From assembly GCA_051362555.1 (NCBI GenBank), contig CM120640.1:1674001-1738000 (forward strand): DNA of 64,000 nt, read 5' to 3'. Both the position numbers and the translations under genes were made by a program. Each line of letters starts with the position of its first letter. The first letter of the stretch is position 1. Below, in pieces: positions 48,601-61,600 of this stretch. The notes under the pieces were generated by a model. The model was not told where the DNA came from. It did not search any database and saw only the letters and a program-made list of their open reading frames with translations. The DNA is from Lingula anatina. Taxonomy: Eukaryota > Animalia > Brachiopoda.

Positions 48601-50620
48601 CAGTTGACTGACCATGTCAAGTACAGGATCCATTTTGGTGTCTCTTTGGTTTCAGTCAAGCTTTTAAGTTGATGATCTCAACTAGCATGAGAAACCTGTA
48701 CCCTGACATGGGAAAAGGTCCTTAGGGCATCAGGTTATGGAAAAAAAACCAACCCCAGTGATTCCTCACCTGCTATAGTGGCCACCGCATGCTGTTTAAT
48801 ATTGTGTCTAGAGATAAACTGCTTGATCTCCTCATGGATGTACGGTTCACTTTTGCTAGAAAAAAAAAACAAATTGTTCACTTTTGCTAGAAAATAAAAT
48901 ATATGGATTGTTTCTGCTAGGAAATAAAACATCTGGTTCACTATTGCTAGAAAATAAAACACATAATTCACTTTTGCTGGAAAAAAAACAAATGGTTCAC
49001 TTCTGCTAGAAAATAAAGCATATGGTTCACTATTGCTACAAAATAAAACATACGGTTCACTTTTGCTACAAAAATGAATATTTGGTATATTCTTGCTAGA
49101 AAATTGACAATATGGTTTACTTTTGCTGAAAAATCAGAAATATATCATTAACATCCCGCTTTCCACATAATTATTAGGAGGCATGTATTCATGGCCTGAA
49201 CATAAATAATTAAGATCTACAAATGTTTACACAAGAAGCCATCATATTTATTTTTCATATTATATACACAAAGTACTTGGTGAAATCAGAGATTTATATG
49301 ATAAAAACAACACGAAGATGAGTACTAGTACGATCACTCTTGCTCAGTTTTATATTTATAAAACTTATAGATATGCCATAATTTGAAAGTCATGCAGACA
49401 GCAAAATTAGCTCAAACACAAACGCTTTCTGTGCTCAGCAAATCGGGGAAATGAGATGCAAAATGTCTGCTAACATTTGACAGTACACAGACTAATCAAC
49501 CATTTCAAAATGCCAATAGTTATACTGCTGGTGTTATTCATGTTTTAATTTATCAACATTTTGATTAGATAGGAGGAAATTCAAAGTTTTTTCTCTCTGT
49601 TCACAAAGTAATGGTGTTACTGTAGATGTAAAATATTTTCTAAAACAGTAAATGTATTTTTTTTTTCAAATCACAATTCAAACTGATACTCAACTGCAAG
49701 TGTAAGAGTGTTACACTTTAAAAAGGGTGGAAGCAGTTTTACAAAGGAAATGTAGCTGTAAGTGCTCTTGAGTCAAAACAACAAGAAAACTACTGAGACA
49801 AAGGATTTGCGCAGAATATTCGTTTTCCTCAAAACTGTAGTCTTGAGGCAAACATACCTAAAAAAACAGCTGAAACTGAAAAAACAAAAGTTACAACAAA
49901 ATATTGCTCAGTTTATAATTACAACAGTAATATTATGAAGGTATTGAAAATAAGCATTTTTGTAAGTATGTGGGTTATAGACAAAGAAAAGGAAATCTCG
50001 GAAAAATGAGTGTAATATTAGGGACCATTCCCACAGTAAAGCTGTTAGGGGGTAATTATCTTTACCCACTAGCTGATTCAGTAGGCATGACAGACATTTA
50101 AGCCAGTTAAGTTGATAGCAATTTAGTGAGACTCCCCAGGGAGATAGACCGATCCAGATTGATCGATCTAGGCTTGGAAATGCAGTCTTATTTACCTTAG
50201 AAGTTCTAACAGCTCCTCGCTGTTATCTGGAATTTCATCGATAATGGGGCTGGATGGAGTAAGCTTAAAGTTAATGCTGTCCTTGATATCTCCTCCTCCA
50301 TTCACTAAAGACAAAGGGCCATCCTGGGAGCCCTGACTCTGAATACTGAAACTTCTCTCCATCACTGGTATGCTGCCATTTTGGGACTGGTTTTGTGACG
50401 ATGGGGGCATCCCCACTGGCGGGGAACTGTGGTTTACTCTGGGCGATGAGAGGCTTGATATTGCGGAGAAATTGTTCTGTGCTGGTGTGCTGTACGCTGG
50501 TCCCAGTTCCCTGTCTAACCTCTCCATGGAGTCAAACGCCCGCACAAGTTGGTCCTTGGAGATCCCGCTGTTCCGCAGTCGCCGGATGAGCTCGATTTGC
50601 TCTATAGTGAACAATGCCAT
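45685..50620 (-). CDS. HMBOX1: HMBOX1-like HNF-class homeobox protein (~407 aa)
   Basis: Exons 50620-50196, 48855-48770, 48166-48047, 47322-47104, 46595-46518 and 45980-45685 join in frame (1224 nt). N-terminal FTIEQIELIRRLRNSG, POU-like IKQFISRHNIKQ..VA..AGLSQAYVSRF, and homeodomain RRERFTF...YPSVERREDIANECN...VTNWFANKRKE. Confidence 0.9.
48843..49130 (-). repeat. ~30-bp tandem repeat (about 9-10 units) of an intron/exon acceptor junction of the HMBOX1-like gene
   Basis: Units TGGTTCACTTTTGCTAGAAAATAAAACA, read on the minus strand as TTTTATTTTCTAG|CAAAAGTGAACC. Confidence 0.85.
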
Positions 50621-51220
50621 CCTGTGCTTATGTTAAACTTCCTTTCAAACAAAAATAGAAAGAATAGTTACTTTAAATGCAAATATCATTTACTCAAATA
50701 ACTGGTACTTTGCTTACACATCACACCCTTTTCCATAAATATCAGAATACAGAAATCATAAAATTGACCATAAACCAGAAAGCAGTCCATTTTTGGTAAA
50801 ACAGCTGCTAATGCACTTACTGACTTAAAATTTTAACCAACTTAACAAAAAAGACAAAAACAACACCAGCAGAGAATGTATTTTCATTTTGATTGATAGC
50901 CTTTCAGCGTATAATACAACTGCCATTTTTCCTACATCAAATACAGCGCCACACCAGATGATATCTTATATCCCAATTTAAACATTATATCAAAACAGTG
51001 AAAAGGGCAACTGCTGATGTATGTTCTCCCGGCTTTGTTTTTCTGACATGCTCTTTGACTTGTACATGTATTCGGAAATGTTACTAGGCAGTAGATCCAT
51101 CTTGTATTCCTCCAGGCCCATCCACAGAAATAGTTATCGCTTCTCAGCACTGACAAACGAGTTGGTATTCTAATGAGAAAGTACTAAAATTATTTTTTTC
51201 TCAACAGCATTTAAGTGATA

Positions 51221-51334
51221 GATACAATACGAGTCGCCGAGCTGTACGTGAAATATTACGAGTGTATTGGCGAGCCGCAGGCGAGACAATACACGAGTAA
51301 TTTTCACGTACAGCTCGGCGACGAGTGTTGTATC
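51221..51334. repeat. ~49-bp-arm hairpin around GCGAGCCGCAGGCGAG, possibly a non-autonomous Crypton-like element end
   Basis: GATACAATACGAGTCGCCGAGCTGTACGTGAAA-ATTAC..GTGTATTG pairs with CAATACAC..GTAATTTTCACGTACAGCTCGGCGAC..GTGTTGTATC. The family call is inference. Confidence 0.6.
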
Positions 51335-52026
51335 TGGCTTAAACCACGGCCTCTGATTAGCTACTACACTAGTAATGCAACAGACCGTGGAACGCACTCG
51401 TACATGACGTGCTTGTATGTCGAATACAGCACGGCCGAGTCTTTTGTTCTACGCGCTAGCCGTGGTTTAAGGTGGTCCTATCTATGAGAAATATACTGTA
51501 TATCGTGATGTGGAAAGTGCTACTTCAAACAGACAGTTTTGTGTTGAAAAATCTTCACTTTAACGGACAGTCCTGCTGGTTATATAATACTGGTTTAAAG
51601 TGGTACAAAGATGGAAATAAAATTGCCTGTATCAGAACTCAATCATCCTGCACAATTGAACAATAACTCAACAGTATTCTGGTTGTTTTTTCTTATAACA
51701 TTGAAAGTATTTGTTTACTTACCATCTTTGTACTCTTAACAATAGCAATAAAAAGACACTCTTGCTACACAATTAGTCACATTGAAGGGAACATAAAACA
51801 TACTTATGTTCAGCCAGGTTTCTGGACTTAGTCACAATTAATAGTACTTAATTTGGCATCCATTTTACTGTTATTGTAACAAAAGGGATGTAAAGCACTT
51901 ATGTGGTCAGCCCTTCTTACTTTGAGCATTTTGTGAACTAGAAAGGAAAGATAGCTAAATGTTTAAGTATTTGTATGTTGTCTTACTATCATTACTATTT
52001 TCCCATATATAAATATAATACATAGT

Positions 52027-52199
52027 CTGGGGTAGCGCTAGCAATTTTTTTCGCTTAGCCAAATCACCACATTTTTGTCAATTTGTTACCAAAATGGTTA
52101 TAATTTGGCTAAAACATGTCAAATCAAGCCCTTTTTCTTTAGCCAATTAAAGTCAGTTTTAGCATTTGGCTAAATTGGCGAGTGCTAGTGCTACCCCAG
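52027..52199. mobile_element. 173-bp MITE with 5-bp TSD ATAGT
   Basis: TIRs CTGGGGTAGCGCTAGCA / TGCTAGTGCTACCCCAG. ATAGT at 52022-52026 and 52200-52204. Confidence 0.8.
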
Positions 52200-55100
52200 A
52201 TAGTACTAGTAGTAAGAGAGCCTTTAAATGTAAAAACATTTCTGTGCTCAATAAATTATTATTATGATTATTATTATTATTGTTAAGTCTAGAGACAGGC
52301 ATTTTTTGCCATGAGGAGGTGTGTTAGTCTGTTAATCTGATTGCATTCACCTAGAGTCCCGGTACAGTTAGTGCACATTAGCTAACTTGACCACATTCAT
52401 TGTAAACAGTCCCATAGACACAAGTGCCACACCAAATCTTATGAGCTTCAACAACAGCCTCAGCTAGTCAATGTGACGCATCAGTGTTGTTTGTATATCT
52501 CTCTCTCTGCCACCACTTCATATCAAATATTGAATTACACATTAAATGTTAGAAAAACTACATCATATTCGGCATTGTGAATAATACTGGTAGTATTTTT
52601 CCAATTTTGTACATACATCTAATTCAATTATTAAAATGAACCCGCACAATAAGTTTTCTCTCTTAACAGCAGTTGTGTTCAGACATAATAATCTTGTTTT
52701 ACAATTATTTTCCACATAAGTGAATCAAAATTATACAATTCACATCCAGTGCTATCCAAACCTTTTCTTTTTTTAATCAAACATATACCAGTATAACATT
52801 TGCATTTCTAATTCTAATATTCCCAATGTCCTAAGTAATTACAATATAAAGTAGAGCACTATTATAGTACTATACTGAAGGTGAACATTTAATGAGGAAT
52901 CCTATCACATTGTTAAATCTGGGTCTAATGGGCATCTACTGAATATTTCACTTATTTCACAGCACCAACTAGGGTAATTTAGAAGACAAGAAAGCCCTTA
53001 TCAGACTAACTAAACAATACTAAAAGGAGAATTACGTAATCAACTAGACAAACTACTCATAATCATGACCAACTGGAGGTCTGATTACTGAGGGAACTGG
53101 TTTTCAGACAATTCAGGTAAACAACCTGGGTATCTAGTAATTGACATTATAGAGAGAAAGATGCAAGAGATGAAGTTTAATTAATGAAAATAACAGACCA
53201 AATAACAAAACAGTGGTGGGAAGGGAGAGTCGTGATAATAATGAGATGTTCAACAACAGATTTCATTTCTTGAAAAACAAAACAAAAGAAACTGAAAATT
53301 ACAGAACAGCATATTTTCTAAAATATTTCCTGTAAAACCAAACACTTTTTTCTCCAAAGAAACAAATAAAATATTAGACCAGTAATCACTGTCAAACCCC
53401 TTCATAAGACATATCCTTAATTCAAGCACCTGACCTGGCTTGTTCCCACGGCAACCTCAAACTTGATCAATTCTCATATGATATCCTGCAAACTGTCGGT
53501 AAACGCATTTCCATAACAGACTAACTAGAAATAGCAATTTGATAAATGTGCGAGCCCCACACTGCTGAAGATATATTTGTTTCATTACATGCAGCTGGTA
53601 ATTAATTCACAATTTTTCTCCAGTGGAAATGAAAAAGATATTGAACATTTGCTAACGTGTACCTTAACATGTTCACATTTATAACCAGTGGACTTGGGTC
53701 TGTTAATAATAATAATAATACAGAAAGTGTGATCCTTAATAACCCACTTCAGAATTCATCACTAAGTATTAGCACATAGTCTAACCTATGAAATAAACAG
53801 GTATTAAAAACTATATGTGGTGTGCTGGTTTTAAAGGGAAAAACATCCAAAGCACTACCATAGTGGTACAACACACAACTAGAAAGATAGAACAGAGTCA
53901 GGTTTGATTAAATTTTAAAGATGATTGAGAAAATAACAAAAAAAAGAAAGCAGATGAGATTCAAGACTTCAAATAAAATTCTTCCATAGAGTATTTCACT
54001 GATTGTTGACTAAGGTCGTCTTGTTCCACTTGCGAAGAAATAATGCAATTCAAACCAAATGGGCAAAAAATAAATATGTAAATGTAGAATATGAATAATA
54101 TGCACTTTAATGTGACTTGAAAAGAACAAACTGTCATCTATGGGGCAGGGCAACTCACAGTGTGCTTTATGGTCAAATGTAAACTTAAACTGTACAGGAA
54201 TGTTTTCATGAACCACACACATTTACTTCAAATTAACTGAGTATATAGAAACTGTTTAATTAAATATTCTTCTGTAATTAATAACACCCAGTAACTTTTA
54301 AAACTTTCAAAGTTTTCATTAAAAAAAGGCTGAAAAAGCTGTGCTTTTGATTCAAAGTCTTCTCCTGATGCTGTTTAATGTCTTAATATTAACCTCGCTT
54401 TGTGCATTTACTTAATATGCTGTGAGTCAAATTAGCATTAAAATCAGTAAATAAAACTATATACTTTAAAACCACACAGCAATGGGTGACATCTGGCGAA
54501 AAAAATAACAAAACATTTCATTTATGACGTCCCATTTATATCTTTAATCAAATTCATTATTATGGGTTATTATATTAAGGTCACCGCTAATCTCACAGAA
54601 AAATCGATACTGCACAGTATCATTACGTTTGCCCTTCAACAACACATTACACAAAGGCCCGTAGGAAGAAATATTACACAAATCGCACAAATTCACAGAT
54701 TTCAACACTTTTGAGCATTTAAGTGTAAACTTTTAGAGATCGCTAGTAGACGGTGAGCCACGGTTACTGATAATGGTGGCTAGCAGTTAATTAAACATAT
54801 ATATTCAATTGACCCGTACAGTGAAACTACCGGTTACTAACCTGCATATATTAGTTTAGAAAGTTTTAAATAGTTAACATTCAAATACCTAAAATATCGC
54901 GTTTATTCTTGACATAGCCACTTCATGAAGAAGCGACATCACGTCTTAGATGGTCCTTGGACAAAGAAAATGGTTTATAATATTCCTCCGCCATTTTGGT
55001 TAATTTAGTTAATGATAGGTTTAGTAGGTTATCGAAGAAAAAGCAACTTGCGTCGCACTCTTTTGCAAAAAAACTTATTCAAAAACACTATACCTGCAGT

Positions 55101-55612
55101 ATCTTTGATGACCAGTGCGACTATTTCACTTCTCTTGGTGTACTTAACTAAATATCCAGCTAAACTTTGGTTTAAACGTGAGTGCCTTACCTCTTACATG
55201 CGGCTTCGCTCCTCGTGTTTACATCTGGGCATTGTGGGAAATGTCAGGCGGAGGGAGGGAAAAGAGGTCAGTAAAGTTCTCACTTAAATCAATAAAACAA
55301 ATAACCATCCCTCATATCGCTATGGTTTTCGAATCAAATATAGTTACGAAGCATAAAAAGTATTCCCCAAGCGTAAGAATGTTTTAAAGACTTTCTCAAG
55401 TTGTCTTTTACGTTATCTCTAGTGGGACAATTTGCGGAGGGAGGCAAAAGTAACAGCTCATTTATTATGGCGGAAGGTGTTTGAATAGGGTTATTATGCA
55501 CGCTATTGAGTACGTGGTTACCATGCACTCACATTACACTGGGTACAGTAGCGACATGGTGTCGTAGATGTTAATTCTGTTTGAAATGCAGATCATGCCA
55601 TAGATTAAAAAT

Positions 55613-58600
55613 ATGAGCGAGCCAGAGGCAAAAGAAGAACCCGAGGGGGCCGAGAAAGCTCCGGAGGAAGGTTCAGGAGATGTAGTTAAAGCAGACGAAA
55701 CAGAAGAAGCGACAGTCGCAGACCAAACAGACCTGACAGCCGTCCCAGGTGAAGAAGTAGAGAAGTCCCAAGAAGTTGACGTGGGTGGTGAGGACCAGCA
55801 ACCAAATGATGTGACAGAGGGTGGGCAGGGCGGTGAAGGGGGTGAGGAGGGGGGCCAGGACGAGGAACAGACAGCTGACAATGCTGAAGTTGATAAAGAC
55901 GGAGAGGATCAAAAGTCGAATGAAAAAGGTGACACATCCCAAAATGGCGACCAGCAACAAGCAAATGAGGCGTTAATCGAGAACGAAGAAAACAATAACA
56001 AAAATGTGGAAGATATCGAGAATCAGAAAAACTTAGAAAAATCAGGTATGGAGGAGAGTGCCGTGATAAACGTTGAAATAACGGAGAAACCTAAATCTGC
56101 GAGCGGGTCCCGAGGGATGGAGGGACAGCACCCCCAGCAACCGCAGGTGGAAAACATGAATGGAGTAAATAGAGAGAACAGTTTTATGAGAGAAATTAAG
56201 AAAGAAGCGAAAGTCGTTTCAGAAAAAATCAACCCCACCGCAGCAGCCCAAAAAGCTCAAGGTAGGAGCAAGAAAAAGATCAAAAAGGGGATTTTTATTT
56301 CGTACTCTCCAGACGCTGGGTTTATTGAGAGGAAATTCGTAGTAGAACTTGTCAACCAACTTAAAGAGAATAATCTCGCGGAAGATATTTGGTTTGACAA
56401 GGACGAAGGCATCACGGACAGTCCTGTTTGGTTTTCTCAGCGTATGGAAGCCGTGGAGAGGTGCAGGGCGGCAATTTTAGTTCTCTCTGACAGTTTCTTC
56501 TTGTGTCCTGTGTCCTGCTACGAGGGGAAGGCTCTTCTCGAACGCCAAATGATGGACAATAACTCATGTAGGATCTACCTTGTATTATACAGTAATCTGG
56601 AAGAGACAGAAATACCCAGACAGTACAGCCACCTCTTAGGGAACATTGTGGACTTGACGGGTCCGCACTCTAAAAAGAGTCTGGCGGAAAAGACGTCTGT
56701 GGTCGTAGGCTCCCTTATGGAGGATTTAGAGAGGTACGCCTCCATTAACGCACCCCCTGTCGCAGTGGTCGCACCCGACGCTGAATTCACCGGGGAGTAC
56801 AAAAAGAAAAAGATCTGCCAGTGGAGCGCCAGTGATCTCCAGGAATGGCTCTTCACGCTGGGAATTAAGGAGTTTTACCGCCAAAGTTTTGCCGAGAATT
56901 TAGTGGACGGTTTTCTGTTAATGTCAATGACGGATCAGGACATGATACAACAACTGGGAACAGACAGTCGCGTGGTCAGGAAGAAGATCATGCAGCAGAT
57001 TCTGGTGACGCTTGACAAGGAGCACAAGTTGAGCGACAACTGGCATCTACGAGCACGGACGCAGCGTTCTCGGCCGAACACCGTATATCTTGTATACGAC
57101 CCGGCGGATGTTCGCCTGGCGCAGAATCTCAAGCAAGATCTGCTGAAGAAGAACATGCAGGTAAAGAAAAAATCAATTTTATTTATTTTTTCTCTTTCTT
57201 AGTAAAACTTATCGTTGTCTGTTGTATCTATGTAGTCTCTAACTTTTTTTTATTTGACGCAGTAAGAAAAGACTTATTAATGTTATCTTTCTCTTCCTTG
57301 ATGGATTGTAGATATAGCACCAGCGCACTTTGTCCCCACCCCACTCCCTAATCCTGGTTTAAGTCTCTTTTTGCAACATTTGTCTTTTTTTACCTTTTGA
57401 TTATTTCAAACGAAACAGAATTGACTAAATTGGAAAATAAATTGGAGATGTAGGCACAGAAATAAATTACGTTGAGAGGCGATGCATTTGTCTTAAAGAG
57501 AAATCACTTGCGTCTGCCAGTAATTTCTTTTAAACTTGTCCCCGTGCCAAAGTGTATTTTTGGCATTGACTTTCAAATTGTACCCAACATTCTTCCACAT
57601 ATTACAGAGCAGATGCACCTTGAGTTGTCATATCTGAAAATATAAAGATAAAAATGACGTAAATGTGCCCTATCTCTCTTTTAAATGCTTACTGTCTCGA
57701 AACGTATTGATTTTGTATCGTGACGCCTAATACCGGCTATCATGGGCTCAAACACCTTTCTGACTGCTCACAGTTCGCGCCAGACTCACTCAAGAGCTAA
57801 TCAACACTATAATTAATTGGCAGACGGACGCTTTGGATAATTGAACGACGCGGATTTGTCTGAGGAATATATTGTTATAATAAGCTAGATTTGAAAGTGG
57901 TTTTAATTTACATTTTATCATGTACTCTTGACTGGACAGTGATAGTGTTATTTAGGTAAGCCGATGCTCTAGATATTGACTATGGATCTCAGATAAGAGT
58001 ATCTTCTGTGGCTGTAAAAGGGAAGCTGAAAAGTTGACCTCGGGAATTTCATTTTCAGGGCGTCTGATTATTAATTCTGTACTGCGTCAAGTTTGTTCGA
58101 GTTATTGACATAAGCAAATTTGCACCAGAAAAAAACGGCCCCTTTATTTCTTTTATTGATCTTAAAGAAAACCGCCCCAGACAAATATTATTTAGAAGGA
58201 ACGACCTCTCTGCAAAACAAGCTTCTGTTAGGTAAATTGTCGAGATATGGGAAGTAATACCACTCGGCCAGTGCCAGAAAGCATGAATGTGTGTGAACAT
58301 ATAATATAATGTTTTTTTAGATATACGTGCATTTGGATTCAAAGCGAGAATGAAATTTTTAGTAAATGATTATGGCCATTTTTAAAGTTTTAATTATGGT
58401 TTTTATGCGGGCATTATTTTGGAATGCAAAATTAAAGGGCAACTTTATGGGATTAATCAGTCAAAATTGATTTTCCCGAGGAAATAGGCAATTTTCTCGT
58501 ACTCACGCATCAGTTATCTAACCCTCTCTGCACTTGGATTTGACCTTTTATTAAATTTATATAGCTTGATTTTGTTAAAAATGACTGACCAGTCAATATA

Positions 58601-61600
58601 ACGAGCGACCATCTTCCTAAGCTCCGATCAACATGAGTTACGCTCCAGAAAAAATAGTTAAGGGTTTAATCGTTTTAAGGTGTATGTAAGATTTTATGAG
58701 AAGCTGTGGATGGCAAAAATAAGCATTTGGGGGATGTTCAAATCCATGGAGTGTACCATTAAAGAAAGGCAAAATGTTCATCAGAAGTACAGCAGTGAAG
58801 CTCTTTGAGTTTTGGAAACTTATCTACTTCATCTCGTGAAATCTGGTCATAATGTGCCGTATGTTATCATCTCAGTCTTAACCTGCCCCACTAGAACTTT
58901 TTCTCATTCCTTCGTTCGATGCTAACAGAATTATCTGGGTTATTCGAGGCACTACTTCCATCAAAGACTATTTGCTGAATCAACAGTAATGAATTCTTAT
59001 GAAGACTGGGAGCAATATGTCAACACAGGAACAAAAAGCAGTCGCAGAGTCGTGTCTAAAGACAGGGCTTTTTCCTTCGTAATGCACTCGTTGTGACACT
59101 GTTTGCGGTTACCGTTGAACGGTCTAAGTGCAAGTGTCGATTTTACATTTGTCCTTGCTACTTTCCTGAAAGAACAGTGTTGACAAACGCATTTAGTGTT
59201 GCTTATTACGGAAAGTGAAACGTTTGAAGAAGGAGATCGCTTAGTGATCTTGACAGGGGTTTTACACCAATGAGAGGAAACACTCGATTCAGCCCTTGTC
59301 GGAGGTAGCTTAAGTGGGGTTTTTACATGACATTATATTGAAAACGTGACCCATTGCATGTCGTTCCTGGGGAATTATGTAAATAAATGTTCATACTTCT
59401 TTCAATTAGTTATTGACATTGACATATTCGTCGTATACACCTGCACTCCGCGAATTAATGACAGAATAACCTTGAATGTTCATGGAACAAAACTCTTTAT
59501 AGACGAACGTGAACTTAAGCAGAAATATCCCGTGGAGATGAATTCTTAAACACCTGATACTAGTAGACGGGAAAGATATTTTTTCAATCTTAAATATTAA
59601 ATATTAAAACAACAGGCAATTAAAACAATATTAACTTTTCTATCGAGTAGTCGTGATATTTACTTCATTTGCCCCAGTATTTCTTTTTCTTTTACAGAAC
59701 AAAATATCTAAACCCAATAAATGTTTCATACCTTTTCATTTCTAGGTAATACACCACCAGAAGCTGGGCCAGTCCAAGGAAGAATTCCTCCAACTAAATG
59801 GACCCCACCTTGCCCAGGCCACGTACGCCCTCATCATCATGACGGACGCGGCCACCAACTCCCCCTTTGTCTTCCACGAGGTTCTGTTCGCTGACTGGCT
59901 GGGGAAGAAACTGGTAGTGTCTATGTTTAGGAATACGTGGTTCTCTCTCAGGCCGGCCCTCCGAGCAGTGCTAGGTATGTTTGCTATATTAATAATTATT
60001 TTCACACACAAAAAAAAGAAAGAAAACCATTTCGACATCCATGAATCTAAAACAAATGAAAAATTCGTCCGTAAAGCATTAAAACTAGTAAAGCACCCCG
60101 AGAGCGCAGACCTCCGCTAAGGCAGCAATTTTTGATAACTATTGATTGACTGATTATTGATCCAGATCACCACCAAAAACTAATCATCTCTTCCTTGACC
60201 CACTTCTGACAGTTCCTGAAAATTTCATCAAAATTGGTTTATAACTTTTTGAGTTTTGTTGATGACAGACAGACAAACAAACAAACAGGGGTGAAAATAT
60301 ATGTCCTATATGCATGAATTTTGTCTTGTGGCCGACATCGTCATTATCGGAGGTTTTATTGAGATTTAAAAACAATATTTATGCCAGGACGTGCACTGTT
60401 AGTGAGATTTTAAGCTGGTGTTTCTCAAGCCGGTCCTGGTGAAATATTAAAACTAGTATATGTACTGTATGATTAGCACCAAGGACGGAAATCTTGCAAC
60501 ACATTTCCATAATATGGTGACCAAGAGCACAGGATTTCCCCCCACCACTCAAAAACCAAATTAATCAGAGAAGGTCACTTGTAAGAGATTTTACATGAAT
60601 AATGGGCATCCTTCGATATACTAATTTTAATCAAGTGACCATTAGCCGCTATTGCCCACTGCCCAGTATCTAGGTTTGGATCGATAAAATCACAGTTGCA
60701 GCAATCTGTGGTCATTTCTGATCTTTGTGTGGGAAGAAAGGATTCTATGTAAGCATCACGCCAGAGTATCGACCAGTCCACTTCAAAGTGTTTGCAAAGC
60801 AGGCGATTATGCGGGATCAAAATAAACCATACACAGTGTTTTTCGTTTGAGAATACAAGGTCAGCGGGGTTTCCGACACAAAAATAGATTTTTTATGGTT
60901 GGGGTTTGTCGTTGTACAGAAGTATGTTTTAAAGAACGTAAATGATATGTAGATTCTAGGGTGCGTTTGCCAATCCTTCATCGTGTGTTTTATCTTGTAG
61001 CCAATGTGACACGTAATAGATTTGTAGTAATCGTGCGAGAAGAGGACATTAATTGGTCGTAAAATCGATTTTGTGTCCCGTTATCAAAGAAAATTATTGC
61101 TATTGTTGGATCCTTAGTAACGGCGCGTAGCCGCGCAGAGAAAAGAACCTGCTTATGCCCGGACATATGTGAAACACCGTGTATTTAAGGCACCAGTAAA
61201 AATGTTTGAAGACCCCCCCCCCCCCCCCCACACACACACACAAACACACAGTAGATGTCGACGGGTCCTCCTAACCATTGGCGGATTCAGAGGGCCCCCT
61301 TCGGTTTCTGAAAAAAATATCACACCAATTTTCCCCTTTTGAAATTAGAGTTTTGACTAGCTAAATCATAGTTCTAAACTGTACCAAAGGGCACAGTTTG
61401 CCCTCCAAAACACCAAAAAAATTTGGGACTCTTAAGCAGGCCCGGAGCCTCGCGCCAAGGGGGCGATGGTCGGCTTCGCATCCGATGCTTGTCGTTCCAG
61501 ACCCCCCATTCAAATAATCTTGGATCCGCCCCTGCTCCCAACACTTTACCGCCCACCCAGGTGAAGGTGAACACGTGAAGTCAAGTGCACCTCTCCTCTC

